From an uncultured Clostridia bacterium (lineage in GTDB: Bacteria > Bacillota > Clostridia > TANB77 > CAG-508): a DNA stretch of 64,000 nt. The position numbers and the translations under genes were made by a program. Below the pieces are notes generated by a model that saw only the letters and a program-made list of their open reading frames with translations, was not told the origin of the DNA and ran no database searches. Position 1 is the first letter of the stretch. Each line of letters opens with the position of its first letter. Where the stretch lies: contig CALXAP010000002.1 in the NCBI GenBank assembly GCA_944386325.1, positions 63,030-127,029 of the forward strand, in the 5' to 3' direction. Below, piece by piece: positions 1 to 10,928 of this stretch.

Positions 1-893
1 TCATAATTATCATCCCATCCAATCAATACAACATCATGATTTGGTGTTACATCTTTATTATTACAATAATATGCTAATCCCCCTGGTGCGGCTGAATATA
101 TATCATAATAATAATAATGTGTTGTAGTATAAGAAGATCCTCCACCCTGGTAATGCCTTACATTATAACTACCTAATACATTAAATTGAGTTTTATATCT
201 GTATTTAAAATAACTATCTGCTCTATATATCTTTGAAGCAACTCCACCATATTTCAATATATGTTCTTTTATATTTTGCCTATTTTCCATAACTTCTGCT
301 GGTGTATACATTGTTGTATCTCTATCCCATACATATGTAATTCCATTTACATCATATTTATACATGTTTGGAAATTTTACATATTCTTCTACCTTTGTTG
401 ATGGGGTTTTTCCTTGTATTGTACTTAAACTTACTTTATTTAAATTATTTTCAAACTTCATTTCATTTTCTGTTATTGGTCCTCTTCCACTTGTTATATA
501 TCCTAGGGCTACTTGCATATTTCCTCCTGACCCTAAGTTTCTATAATGCGGATTTGGTGTTCCTTCATTTGTTGAGTTCATTGCTGTTGAATAATCCATA
601 TGTCTCATTGAAAAATCTCCACCTAAGCCTGTTCCATTAAACTCTAGCAGTCTTGATGCTACTAATGCCCAGTTTTCATTTGTTGAGCCATATGTTTTAT
701 CTGTTATATATTTATATACTCTTAAATCGAAAAATCCTGGTGCTCCTAATGCTTTATCTACTAGTAAGGAATCTACTGTTTCTATATTATCTATATTTCT
801 AAATTCATTTTCTTGTGCAAATGCTTTTCCTGTTACTAATAAACTAAGCATAATAGACAAAAATACTACTTTTTTCTTTGTGCTAGACTTCAT
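1..893 (-). CDS. secreted papain-like (C1-type) peptidase-domain protein. Only the N-terminal part is in the window; the ORF runs off the window start
   Basis: Minus-strand ORF with ATG at 891-893 and signal peptide MKSSTKKKVVFLSIMLSLLVTGKAFA, open down to position 1. The last residues in the window, NKDVTPNHDVVLIGWDDNY, resemble the papain/cathepsin-B His loop (GHAIRILGWG). The expected Cys-motif region reads GSTNENWALVAS, so the catalytic Cys is not confirmed. Confidence 0.4.
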   Translation of the reverse strand, partial: MKSSTKKKVVFLSIMLSLLVTGKAFAQENEFRNIDNIETVDSLLVDKALGAPGFFDLRVYKYITDKTYGSTNENWALVASRLLEFNGTGLGGDFSMRHMDYSTAMNSTNEGTPNPHYRNLGSGGNMQVALGYITSGRGPITENEMKFENNLNKVSLSTIQGKTPSTKVEEYVKFPNMYKYDVNGITYVWDRDTTMYTPAEVMENRQNIKEHILKYGGVASKIYRADSYFKYRYKTQFNVLGSYNVRHYQGGGSSYTTTHYYYYDIYSAAPGGLAYYCNNKDVTPNHDVVLIGWDDNY

Positions 894-1475
894 TTAATTG
901 CCTCCTTTCTTCTTTTTATATATAACAACACCTATAATAGCTAATACAATAATCACAATAGCTATTGCTCCAATAATATAAAATTTATTATAGTACTTTT
1001 GTGTTTTTAGCTCTATACTTCCATCTATTCCATTTATATCTTGATTACCATCTGTTGATTGAGCTTGATTAATAGATATATTTGTACTTTCTACTTCTAT
1101 ATTATCTTTAGCTTTTAAAGTTATTTGAAAAACAGATTCATTTTCCTTTGTTTGACTATTTCTTTCTAGTATCAATTTATTATTATCTGGATTAAATAAT
1201 AATCCTCCCCATTGTCCTACTGCTTTTACATCACTTGTTTCAATATTCTCAAAAACATTATTATCATAAGATATGCTTGCTAATAATAAATCTATTCCCT
1301 CATTTGGTGTATCAATATTTTGGATACTTGCTGTTAAAACTATAGTTTCTCCTGGTTTTACTATATCTTTATCAGATTCAAGTTTCATTTCAAATCCACT
1401 TGCATTAACTATACTTAAAGTAATTAACATGGTTACAATAAAAGTAATAGAGCCTACAAACAATAATCTTTTCAC
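894..1475 (-). CDS. membrane-anchored cohesin-domain-like surface protein
   Basis: 193 aa with an N-terminal signal peptide. The segment VKPGETIVLTASIQNIDTPNEGIDLLLASISYDNNVFENIE has the spacing and character of type-I cohesin domains (VKPGDTV...GI...YDPNVLE). The C-terminus has a TM helix and a KKKK tail. Confidence 0.5.
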   Translation of the reverse strand: MKRLLFVGSITFIVTMLITLSIVNASGFEMKLESDKDIVKPGETIVLTASIQNIDTPNEGIDLLLASISYDNNVFENIETSDVKAVGQWGGLLFNPDNNKLILERNSQTKENESVFQITLKAKDNIEVESTNISINQAQSTDGNQDINGIDGSIELKTQKYYNKFYIIGAIAIVIIVLAIIGVVIYKKKKGGN

Positions 1476-1878
1476 ATTATCACCTCACTATATATAATAG
1501 TAATATACCTTTATAAATCATTATAACTTACAAGAAAATATAATCAACATAACTTAAATCTTGTGTAATTGAATAAAATCCTATTTTTTATTACGGATTT
1601 TTTATATTTAAGAAAATCTAATTTAAATATTACATTTTCTTAACATTTTATATTTTTCTACATATATTAATAAATTTGTTTAGGGAAATATGTTTGATTT
1701 GTAATTTTATTTAAAATCAAACATATTAATTCTCCATTTATAATATTATTCTATTCCTAATATTTGTTTTCTTAATAAAGACACATTATGTTATTGTTGT
1801 TTGTCCATTTTCATTTATGTCTTCTTTTACTATTACCAGATATTCTACTTATTCATCTATTTCTGCTTCTTTTGTATT

Positions 1879-4800
1879 CTATTCTTTTTTATGACTTTTT
1901 CTTTTAATCATTACAATTATTCCTGCTATTATAATAAGTATTAATGCTCCTGCTACATAATATTTTGCAATTTCTCCTCCTAATGGTTTAGTTATATTAA
2001 TTTTTCTTGCTTGAGTATTATCAACTTCATTATTATCGCTATTTGGTACATAATTTCCTGGTATTCCTCTGTATGCTCTTCTTCCTGCTTCATTACTTCT
2101 TTGAACAATTTCTAAACAATTTTGGAATGATAAAGTTGCATTATCATCTTGCGGTGATATTACTTTACTTAGCACTATATACCCAACTATTTCTGTCTGA
2201 CCGCCTTCTTGTGCTTCTTTACTACCTATTGGATATAATTCTACTCTTAATCCATCTGTTTGCAATATTTGTAAGTTTTGCTCTTCTACTGCTTCTAATA
2301 CATTATCAGCAACTTTATTTGCTTGTGTAGTTTCTATTCTTTCCCATATATCTCCATTTTCTTCTGCTTTTTGTTCTTCTGGTTTATAAACAAAATTGCT
2401 ACTAATGTATTGATATACCCAATCAGCTTGTGTTGTAATAGTTTCATCACTTGCACCTTCTACATAATTGCTCATTTTATCTATCTCGCCAGTATTTCTT
2501 ATTCTAACTAGATATTTAACACGGATTTCTGCACCATGCATAATTTCCTCATCCATATATACTGAAATTGGAACTTTTTCTTCTTCTTTATCTAAACCAT
2601 TAACATTTTTATTAACACCTTTTTCTGTATCAACTATAATCTGTCCATCACTTAATTTTACTTGTATACCTGCTACTTCTTCTTCTAGACTCAATTCTGC
2701 TTTTGGTCTTTCTCTTAAACCTAGATTTACTTGTTCTACTTTATCTTTTAATACATTATTAGGAACAAAATTAACAGATTTCGTCTGTGCAGACATCTTT
2801 GTTTCTTCTGCTAATTTTCTAATTGCTTCTGTTTTTTGCTCTCCTTCCTTCATATTTCTTATACCTTCTACATCTAGCATTAATCCTAATTCTAGGTCAA
2901 ATGTACTAAATTTATCCATTTGTGCTATTCTTTCATCTTGATTATCTTTACCATAACTTCTATCCTCTTTTATAATACATTCTTCTAAAATTTGTTCATA
3001 TATTTTACCAACTATATCATTATACATATTTTCTGTATTAATTCTATATACTTTTCCTCTTCTTGGATTTGATTCTGTACCAAAAATCTGTTCAGAATCC
3101 TTTGTTAATATTGTAATTAAATCAATATTATTATCATCTAACTCTTCAATTTCTTTAATAACATCTTCATTTGTCTCTTCTGTTGGTCTACCATCTGTAA
3201 TTAAAATAATTATTTTCTTTCTACTATTATTGCTATATTCTGAAGACATTAAATTTATTGCTTTTTGTATACTTGTTTCACCTTCAGAAGTTAAACCTCT
3301 AATTGTATTTTGTAAATCTGTTTGATTGTCTCCTAATTGACCTAGTACCGCCGCTTCACTATTATAAGCAACTAGACCTATTTTTACTCCTGATAATTGT
3401 TCATTTAATTTTCTAACCAATTCTATTGCTGCTCTTTTTTCTTGATTAATTGGCTCTCCACTCATACTATTTGAAATATCTAATCCAAGCATTATTTCTA
3501 CATCAGAATAATTATTAGTTGCATCTGTATCTTTATATATATCTTCTGTTGCAACAGCTTGATAATCTTGACCATTATATTTTAAATTGTGTTTTAGTTG
3601 TTCTTCTTCACCGTAAATAAATTCCACATGATAATTTCCTGCAGATAATCTACTAAATCTATATCCACCATTTAATTCTTCATTATTACTTATAGATAAT
3701 TGTCTGCCTGTTCTTGCCTCATCTACTTTTTTAGTTAAACTTGCCCCTGTTTGTGGATTTGTAAATGTTTCATACAATTCTACTCTTACATAATCTACTA
3801 GTGGCTCATTTCTTTGTCTTATTCCATCTCCAACTATTTGATTATTTGATAAAGTAACTGTATTATTTCCATGTCTTAAATCATCCCAAACATTTCCTTC
3901 TATTGTATTTCCATAACGATTATTTTCTTCACTATCATCATCCATAACTAATCTTAGATTTGGTGATCTGTCTTCATCATCTTCATATGTACTTTTATCT
4001 GTATTTGGATTCAAATTACCTGGTCTAGAATTTTCATCAATTAAACCAACTACACTTCCATCATCTTTATTAAATGTTCTGTAACCGTTAATTTCTGCTA
4101 TATTTGCATTATCACCTTCTAATATAACTGCATTATTGTTTTTATTTATTTTAAATATAATGTGTAACTCTATATATTTTCCATTTCCTACTTCTAGATT
4201 TTCTAAACTTTGTGTATACATTTTATTATATTCTGAATATTGATTACTTTGTCCATATTTTGAATTTTGACTCCAATCAACTTTTATCTTATTTTCATCC
4301 TGAACTGTTTCACTTTCTGTAATATTTTCAGATTTCACAACAGCCCATGATGTCATTTCAATATCTCTGTAGCTATCATTACTATAAATCAAATTTTTAC
4401 TATAATAATCTGCCAATTCGGTTATTTTTGCTATATCATTTTCACCAGTATTTCTAATAATCATCATATAATCTAAATAAACTTCTAATTCGCAATCATT
4501 TGCATTTGCCCATACAGACGCTAAACTATCATCCCATCTCCATTCATAATCAGCTCTATTAACATATTGAGTATAATCTGATATATCTTGTATCTGATCT
4601 TTATTTCTCAAATTTTTCTCATTATAAGCAAACCTTTGTGTCATTCCTTTTATAGAAAATGTAGATTCATATACATCTAAAGTTAGATTTTCATTTGTTT
4701 TCTCTCTTTCTGATAATCCTAAATCGATATTTTTTTCATCTTCTATCATCATATATTCAACTTTGTTAATTGTAAATTTTTCAGTTAAAGGATAATATAT

Positions 4801-7800
4801 ATTACTGCTCGCTGTATTAGTAGCAATTTCATATTGTTGTCTAGAAACTTCATTTTCATTTCTAGTTACAATTTTACTATTGTTACCTTCTTGTCTATAC
4901 TCTAAATTAGTTGTTGTTCCATCTGTTCCAATTGCTCCATTTGGAGTAATTTCATAATAACGATTATTTAAATTCTGTCTATTCTCTTTTGTCTCTTCTG
5001 CCTTTGAATTATTAATATATTTTTCATCATCTGGATTATTCTTATAATCTGTTACATTTCCATTTATTAAAAATTTTGTAGTCCTATATGTTTGTCCATC
5101 ATATTTGTATTCTATTTCATATAAACCAGGTCTTATATTTTCAAAACGATAGTTTCCATTTTCATCTGTGTAAACAGGATTTTGACTTGTTAATTTTGTC
5201 GTTGGAGTAGTTTCATCTTTTTTATATAATGTAACTTTTACACCTTTTATTTTCTTTTCATTATTCTCGTTAATTCCATTAGATATCATTTCATTTTGGT
5301 CATTCCACACATTTCCTTCAAAATTCATAGTTAACCTAATTTTTCCATCAATATCTAATTCTTGTATGTGTTTTTTATATTCTTTTTTTACCCAATCTAC
5401 TTCTATTAATTTTTGCGAATCTACTCTTCCTAAAGTAACTTTATCTGCAATTAAATAATATGTATGTCCTATAATATGTGCATCTTGCATTCCATGAGGA
5501 CAACTTCTTCCTCCTGGGCATCTTTCTGTTCTATATCCAGCTTTCCATTCTACTTCATTATAAGTTCCTTCCAAAATGCTATACTTAGCATCTATATTTA
5601 ATTCTTGATGTTCTATTTCTATTTTACTAATCTCTCTTACATTTTCATTTGCTTCATCATCTATCACAAAATAAAACTCTTCATTTGGATAAGGATATGG
5701 ATATTCTTCATATGTTTCTGCTCTATTTTGTAATTTTTTATTTTCATCATATTCAATATTCCATGTATTTGATGGTATTATATTACCATCCTGATCATAT
5801 ATTCTAATTTCTTTTATTCCACTAAACTCAATTTTTTCTCCACCTTTTTCTGTATAACTCCTTAAATAGTCTACTTTATATGGACCTATAATAATTTTTT
5901 TAGATTCTACATTGTATCCAACTACAGTATCTAATTTCTCCTGACTTGTTTTATATCCACCTTGTCCATCTATTTGTTTTCTGAATTTAGCATATTCTTT
6001 TGCTTCTATAGATATTTTATTATCTGGAGCTGAAGCCCCCTCATTTATACCTATTGCATACATTGCCAATTGACTTTGTGATTGTAAACTATTGTTTTCA
6101 TCTAAGAAAGATAATATATATGCTTCTTCATCTGTTGCATTTCCCTCTTTTCCTTCTCTTATAGGTGGAATTGTTTCAAAATATTTTCCAATAGAATGAC
6201 TCTTTGTATCTGTATAAATATTTTTTAAATTCGTACCATCTTCAACATACTTTTCACCTATTATTTGACCTCTATATGGATTTTTTACATACATCTTAAA
6301 GTCTCCGCTTTCCACTGTTGCATCAAGTTGTGTTCCATTACTCATTGCTGGAATATGTACCCCATTTGCAATACAATATAAATATTTATCTTGATCTACT
6401 TCCTCTTCTGGTATAAATCTTCCACCATCTGGCTCTAATTTTTTAGAAATCATAAATCCTAATCTTGCAGGCTCTATTTGTGTTGGATATTTACCTTCTG
6501 TTGTATTAAGTGTAAAATACACACCATGATGACTATAACTTATTCTGTCATATTCTAGGCCCTCTGGTATATTTATATTATAAGTAAATTTATGAGTTTC
6601 ACCTTGACTCATAGTATAATTGTTTAATACTATAAGAAAGCTTTTTACTTTGCTAAAATCCCTAGGTGTCATTGTCCATCCATTCGATGAATCATTTAAA
6701 TCTTTAGTAGCATTTATTTTTTCTGAATAATACACTTTCGCTACACTTCTTAATATTGGAGGTACTGTAATACCTTCATTTGTCATTGTTGTACTGTAAT
6801 CTGATCCTATGTCTTTTCCATTAATAACATATTTTGAGCCTTCTGTTGGTATTATACCTAATATTGAAATCTCACTAATTACTCCAGAATAGTTATTTGT
6901 AATATTAACCTCTACTGTAGCAGTTCTTTGATCTTTTGCAACTTCAGCCACCCTAGGAGATACAGCAATACTTCCTTCATCATCATAGTTTAAACCTCTC
7001 TGCCCTGTTACTAGTGAATTTGATGCAATCAATGCAATTGTTCTTTCTGTTGTTCCTATCTTTTCATCTATATTATTATTTTCATTTACATCATAGATAT
7101 CACTTACTATGTCTGGTTCATAATCTACACCAATTTCATTATATGTGTACAATTCTAATTCTTCATCTTGAGTTGGCGAACCTGGATTTGGTGTTATTGT
7201 ACAATCTAGATATATTAGGAAATATTGTGGGTTATCATTTTTTGTTTTTATTTTAACAAAAACACTTCCCTCACTATAGTATTTATAATAATTTTCTATT
7301 TTTACATTAGGGTTATCTGTTGTAATATTTTTTATTTCCACATCCGCTATATCTGGTGGAAATTTTAATAAAAATTGTCCATTTTTCCATGGAGATATGA
7401 TATCAGTATATGAATCAAACTTATTTTTTGGTACACCGATTCTTATTTGCATATCTTGTGATTTTTGTGTAGATACAACTGTTTCATCACTATAATAATC
7501 ATTGTTATCTATATCCATACCAACCAAAGATATTGGATATATATATCTTGCTGTATCATCAGTACTTAAATGCCACTCTCCTGCATATGCTTCTACATAA
7601 CTTTCTATGTAAGAAAATGTATCAAATACTTCTTTAGAATAAGTGTTTGTAATATATGTATCATCTAATTCTTTTGTATTATATACATAAAAATATGAGT
7701 TTGTATTATATAATTTACTCGTTTCCACCCTTATGTGTTTGACTGGTTTTTTATACCAATAAGGATTATTTTCACTATACCTATTCATATTTTGTATATT

Positions 7801-9315
7801 AAAAGTTACTAATAATTCATTAGTATCATCATTATATACATTTATCCAACCATCATTTCCAAGCATATTTATATTATATGGTATATATATTGCAGCATGT
7901 TTACTGAAATTTTCCATACTTATTTGTTGTCCATCTGTAGTAATGATTACATCTGATTTCTTTTTCTCTCCATTTGGAGTCTCTTTTAATACTACACCAT
8001 TTTCATAAACTCCACCATCGCCATCAAATCTCCATTCTACTGGATAATAATCTCCTGTTTCATTTTTTGATAAATTGTTATATATTCTTGCTGGCTTTTC
8101 TTTTGATACATAATACATACTATAAATATCATAACTATATAAACTTGATAAATAATAACCTACATCTATGTATAAATATGGTCTTACTATTGGCACAGGT
8201 CTTGGTCTAAATAAATTTAAATTTATTGTAGCTTGTACTTCATTAGATTTATATGGGTTCTGAAATTCCCCACTTGGATTATTGTACGAATTTATATAAA
8301 CTTTTACTGGAACTTGCACATCTTGTTCACCCAAAACCTTATTATATGCTTCCATAGGATATGTTACATTTAATCTTACATACTTATAATAAGAATAATC
8401 ACTAAACCCTCCTGTTTTTTCAATAACAAAATTGCCTGTGTTGCTATCATATGTTACTTTACTATAACTGTCTGTTGTTGTTACACTTAAAGCACTATAT
8501 CCATTTAACTTTGGTATTGTTCCTTCTATATGCATATCTTTAGTCTCTAATTGCCTTATATTCTCTCTTATAGATATCTCAAAATCTACTTCTATGACAT
8601 TTTCTTCTTCATTTACCATATCATCTTCATAATTATATTGATTAGTATCGCTAGAATCCCATTGAATTTTATTTGTACCATACCAATCGACTTGGAAATT
8701 TACTGTCTTTTGTATTGGTGTTTCTTTAGTTGTACCATCCGGTAAAGTTTCTACATGTATACCTGTTAAAGTTATAGAATTTATTTTTGAATATTTGTCT
8801 CTATTTAGCGGTGTACTTGGTGATTTTACTATACCAGATATGAGCATATGTGTTCCATTTTCTAAATTATTAAATTCTATATTACTTATATTACTTCCTA
8901 TATAATTATCTTTTATTTGAGTATCTGCTGCTAATTGTGTTGTTAATTGGAAATTTCCACCATAGTTAGTACCATTAACAGTTATTCTTCCATCTTTTAA
9001 ATAACCATTTTCAACTACTTCTAACTCCATATATAAAGTATCTGATTCTCCTATTTCTTTACATGTTCCTCTTACCTTATCTGCAATTCCATCATTGTTC
9101 AAATCTTTGAAAAAATATGAATCAAACTTAACATATTGAGAATTCGTAGATTCTTCTCCTATTTGTACTTGAGGGTATGTCATTGCTAAAATATTTTCTG
9201 GTCTACTATTTATAATCATATTATTTATTTGTTTATAGCATAATGGTATTAGAGCTATTATTATCATTATAACTCCTAATATCATAATTATTTTTTTATA
9301 TTTCTTTATTTTCAT
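1879..9315 (-). CDS. giant (2478 aa) cell-surface adhesin-like protein with a vWA domain and Cna-B-type repeats; C-terminal TM anchor
   Basis: Single uninterrupted ORF with an N-terminal signal/TM (MKIKKYKKIIMILGVIMIIIALIPLCY). MIDAS-type vWA motif DISNSMSG...ILITDG. Prealbumin/Cna-B-like segments (VKVTLYKKDETTP...NGNYRFENIRPGLYEIEY; GGYRFSRLSAGNYHVEF). C-terminal hydrophobic helix plus KRKSHKKE tail. No LPXTG seen. Confidence 0.75.
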   Translation of the reverse strand: MKIKKYKKIIMILGVIMIIIALIPLCYKQINNMIINSRPENILAMTYPQVQIGEESTNSQYVKFDSYFFKDLNNDGIADKVRGTCKEIGESDTLYMELEVVENGYLKDGRITVNGTNYGGNFQLTTQLAADTQIKDNYIGSNISNIEFNNLENGTHMLISGIVKSPSTPLNRDKYSKINSITLTGIHVETLPDGTTKETPIQKTVNFQVDWYGTNKIQWDSSDTNQYNYEDDMVNEEENVIEVDFEISIRENIRQLETKDMHIEGTIPKLNGYSALSVTTTDSYSKVTYDSNTGNFVIEKTGGFSDYSYYKYVRLNVTYPMEAYNKVLGEQDVQVPVKVYINSYNNPSGEFQNPYKSNEVQATINLNLFRPRPVPIVRPYLYIDVGYYLSSLYSYDIYSMYYVSKEKPARIYNNLSKNETGDYYPVEWRFDGDGGVYENGVVLKETPNGEKKKSDVIITTDGQQISMENFSKHAAIYIPYNINMLGNDGWINVYNDDTNELLVTFNIQNMNRYSENNPYWYKKPVKHIRVETSKLYNTNSYFYVYNTKELDDTYITNTYSKEVFDTFSYIESYVEAYAGEWHLSTDDTARYIYPISLVGMDIDNNDYYSDETVVSTQKSQDMQIRIGVPKNKFDSYTDIISPWKNGQFLLKFPPDIADVEIKNITTDNPNVKIENYYKYYSEGSVFVKIKTKNDNPQYFLIYLDCTITPNPGSPTQDEELELYTYNEIGVDYEPDIVSDIYDVNENNNIDEKIGTTERTIALIASNSLVTGQRGLNYDDEGSIAVSPRVAEVAKDQRTATVEVNITNNYSGVISEISILGIIPTEGSKYVINGKDIGSDYSTTMTNEGITVPPILRSVAKVYYSEKINATKDLNDSSNGWTMTPRDFSKVKSFLIVLNNYTMSQGETHKFTYNINIPEGLEYDRISYSHHGVYFTLNTTEGKYPTQIEPARLGFMISKKLEPDGGRFIPEEEVDQDKYLYCIANGVHIPAMSNGTQLDATVESGDFKMYVKNPYRGQIIGEKYVEDGTNLKNIYTDTKSHSIGKYFETIPPIREGKEGNATDEEAYILSFLDENNSLQSQSQLAMYAIGINEGASAPDNKISIEAKEYAKFRKQIDGQGGYKTSQEKLDTVVGYNVESKKIIIGPYKVDYLRSYTEKGGEKIEFSGIKEIRIYDQDGNIIPSNTWNIEYDENKKLQNRAETYEEYPYPYPNEEFYFVIDDEANENVREISKIEIEHQELNIDAKYSILEGTYNEVEWKAGYRTERCPGGRSCPHGMQDAHIIGHTYYLIADKVTLGRVDSQKLIEVDWVKKEYKKHIQELDIDGKIRLTMNFEGNVWNDQNEMISNGINENNEKKIKGVKVTLYKKDETTPTTKLTSQNPVYTDENGNYRFENIRPGLYEIEYKYDGQTYRTTKFLINGNVTDYKNNPDDEKYINNSKAEETKENRQNLNNRYYEITPNGAIGTDGTTTNLEYRQEGNNSKIVTRNENEVSRQQYEIATNTASSNIYYPLTEKFTINKVEYMMIEDEKNIDLGLSEREKTNENLTLDVYESTFSIKGMTQRFAYNEKNLRNKDQIQDISDYTQYVNRADYEWRWDDSLASVWANANDCELEVYLDYMMIIRNTGENDIAKITELADYYSKNLIYSNDSYRDIEMTSWAVVKSENITESETVQDENKIKVDWSQNSKYGQSNQYSEYNKMYTQSLENLEVGNGKYIELHIIFKINKNNNAVILEGDNANIAEINGYRTFNKDDGSVVGLIDENSRPGNLNPNTDKSTYEDDEDRSPNLRLVMDDDSEENNRYGNTIEGNVWDDLRHGNNTVTLSNNQIVGDGIRQRNEPLVDYVRVELYETFTNPQTGASLTKKVDEARTGRQLSISNNEELNGGYRFSRLSAGNYHVEFIYGEEEQLKHNLKYNGQDYQAVATEDIYKDTDATNNYSDVEIMLGLDISNSMSGEPINQEKRAAIELVRKLNEQLSGVKIGLVAYNSEAAVLGQLGDNQTDLQNTIRGLTSEGETSIQKAINLMSSEYSNNSRKKIIILITDGRPTEETNEDVIKEIEELDDNNIDLITILTKDSEQIFGTESNPRRGKVYRINTENMYNDIVGKIYEQILEECIIKEDRSYGKDNQDERIAQMDKFSTFDLELGLMLDVEGIRNMKEGEQKTEAIRKLAEETKMSAQTKSVNFVPNNVLKDKVEQVNLGLRERPKAELSLEEEVAGIQVKLSDGQIIVDTEKGVNKNVNGLDKEEEKVPISVYMDEEIMHGAEIRVKYLVRIRNTGEIDKMSNYVEGASDETITTQADWVYQYISSNFVYKPEEQKAEENGDIWERIETTQANKVADNVLEAVEEQNLQILQTDGLRVELYPIGSKEAQEGGQTEIVGYIVLSKVISPQDDNATLSFQNCLEIVQRSNEAGRRAYRGIPGNYVPNSDNNEVDNTQARKINITKPLGGEIAKYYVAGALILIIIAGIIVMIKRKSHKKE

Positions 9316-9678
9316 TGGTACCCCCTAGCTATATAAAATGCGTTCTACATTTTTATTATTATCTATATTTAATTTTAAAATCTTTATTTTTAAAGTCAAC
9401 ATATCCATTTTTATATAAATACAACATAAATCAACATTTATTTTACGGATTTAATATAATAAATACTTTTATTATCTAATAATATTTTTTTATGACATTT
9501 TTATGAAATAATATTTACAATCTTATTATTTTACTAGGGAAACATACAATTTTTAATCATTCTATTTAATTAACTTTAAAAAGTTTTTTTACATTTTTTT
9601 AACTATTATTTAATCCAAATAATGTTTATATATAATCAAATACATAAAAAAAATAGCCCTATTGAGCTATTCTTTTAA

Positions 9679-10818
9679 TTATAATTTATCTATATCTTTT
9701 TCTAAATCTGACTTTTTCTCATTCATATCTACTAATATTCCAAGTTTCATTAATATTCTTTTGAATACAGAAACTTTACTTGGTTTTAATTCCACTAGAT
9801 TTAAATTTTCCGAAATGGGTGTTTTCTTTATTACACCATGTTCTTTTATATATTCTTTTTTAGCTTCAAACTCTTCCATTTTCTTAATATAATATTTATT
9901 ATAAAAATCGTAATCTGCAGTATAACCAATTATATCTTTAAAATTATATATTCTAGATTTAAAATATTTTAAATCTTCCATTGTTCTAATTTCATTAAAT
10001 TCAGTTTCAAAACATAATTCAATAATAAAATCTTGTGTTTCTATAAAAAGATTTGCAATTTTATCTTTACATTGATCAATCAATTGATTTGTTTGCTTTA
10101 TTTTTCTTTGCCTATTTGTATATTTTACTTCTGTAGTTAAAGTATTTAATAGTGCTTCTAAGGTTAATAATTCATCTACATTTTTCTCAATTTTATAATA
10201 TGCCCTCTTTCCAAATTTAGAGCTAAATGTATTTTTAAATACATCATCACTATATAAAGTACTATGATATAATGGATAATTTCCTGTAAAATACATCATT
10301 TCTTTTAATATTACACATTGTAATGGATAATATTCTGGACTTTCTGTAACTAAGAATAAATCATAATATTTTACTTTATCTATTGGCGCACCACTTGCTG
10401 TTGCAGCCATAAGTTGAACTGCAGCTTCATTTAGCCCCATACCTTTATTTGAACCTTCTGATATATCATACAAACCTAATCTTAATAAATTTCCCTTTTC
10501 ATCTTTTATTTCTTGTAAATAATGTATACACTCATGAATTGCAAACTCCTCTATTTCATCAATAGAAAATTTATCATTAAAATATATAGATTGATTTTTA
10601 TAAAAATACTTTGCAGCTGATGCATCTTCTGGCATTTGAGCAAAATACATCTGCAACCTAGATATTGATATAAATAGATCACTTTCATTTATATTATGTT
10701 CATTAAAAGTTTCATATAATTTATGAGAAATATTTTTAGAAATTTTATTAATTGTAAGTATATCTAGTGGTCTTATATTTGTGATTCCTTCTTTTTTCAA
10801 TACAGATTTTATATTCAT
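9679..10818 (-). CDS. hypothetical protein with an HExxH metallopeptidase-like motif
   Basis: 379-aa ORF containing AIHECIHYLQE (HExxH), with no signal peptide. Possibly related to the ImmA/IrrE (M78) fold, but no HTH partner is present. Confidence 0.45.
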   Translation of the reverse strand: MNIKSVLKKEGITNIRPLDILTINKISKNISHKLYETFNEHNINESDLFISISRLQMYFAQMPEDASAAKYFYKNQSIYFNDKFSIDEIEEFAIHECIHYLQEIKDEKGNLLRLGLYDISEGSNKGMGLNEAAVQLMAATASGAPIDKVKYYDLFLVTESPEYYPLQCVILKEMMYFTGNYPLYHSTLYSDDVFKNTFSSKFGKRAYYKIEKNVDELLTLEALLNTLTTEVKYTNRQRKIKQTNQLIDQCKDKIANLFIETQDFIIELCFETEFNEIRTMEDLKYFKSRIYNFKDIIGYTADYDFYNKYYIKKMEEFEAKKEYIKEHGVIKKTPISENLNLVELKPSKVSVFKRILMKLGILVDMNEKKSDLEKDIDKL

Positions 10819-10928
10819 ATTAACCCCTTTTCTCTTTTGAATACTATAACAATTATTATAACCTAATTGTATTTAAAAACATATTTCATACTTGTTAAAT
10901 TTGTATTACATTTTAATTACAATTACGT

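Noticed and set aside
2007-2941. Plus-strand ORFs (107, 62, 157 aa, and similar ones at 7014, 7974, 8551) lying entirely inside the giant minus-strand adhesin gene
   Set aside because: They are low-complexity, L/F/I-rich antisense translations of an AT-rich coding region with no RBS. They are shadow ORFs.
8990-9090. LPXTG sortase signal in the giant surface protein and its cohesin-like neighbour
   Set aside because: No LPXTG/NPQTN-type pentapeptide precedes the C-terminal hydrophobic segment. Only a KYY-TM-basic pattern is present.
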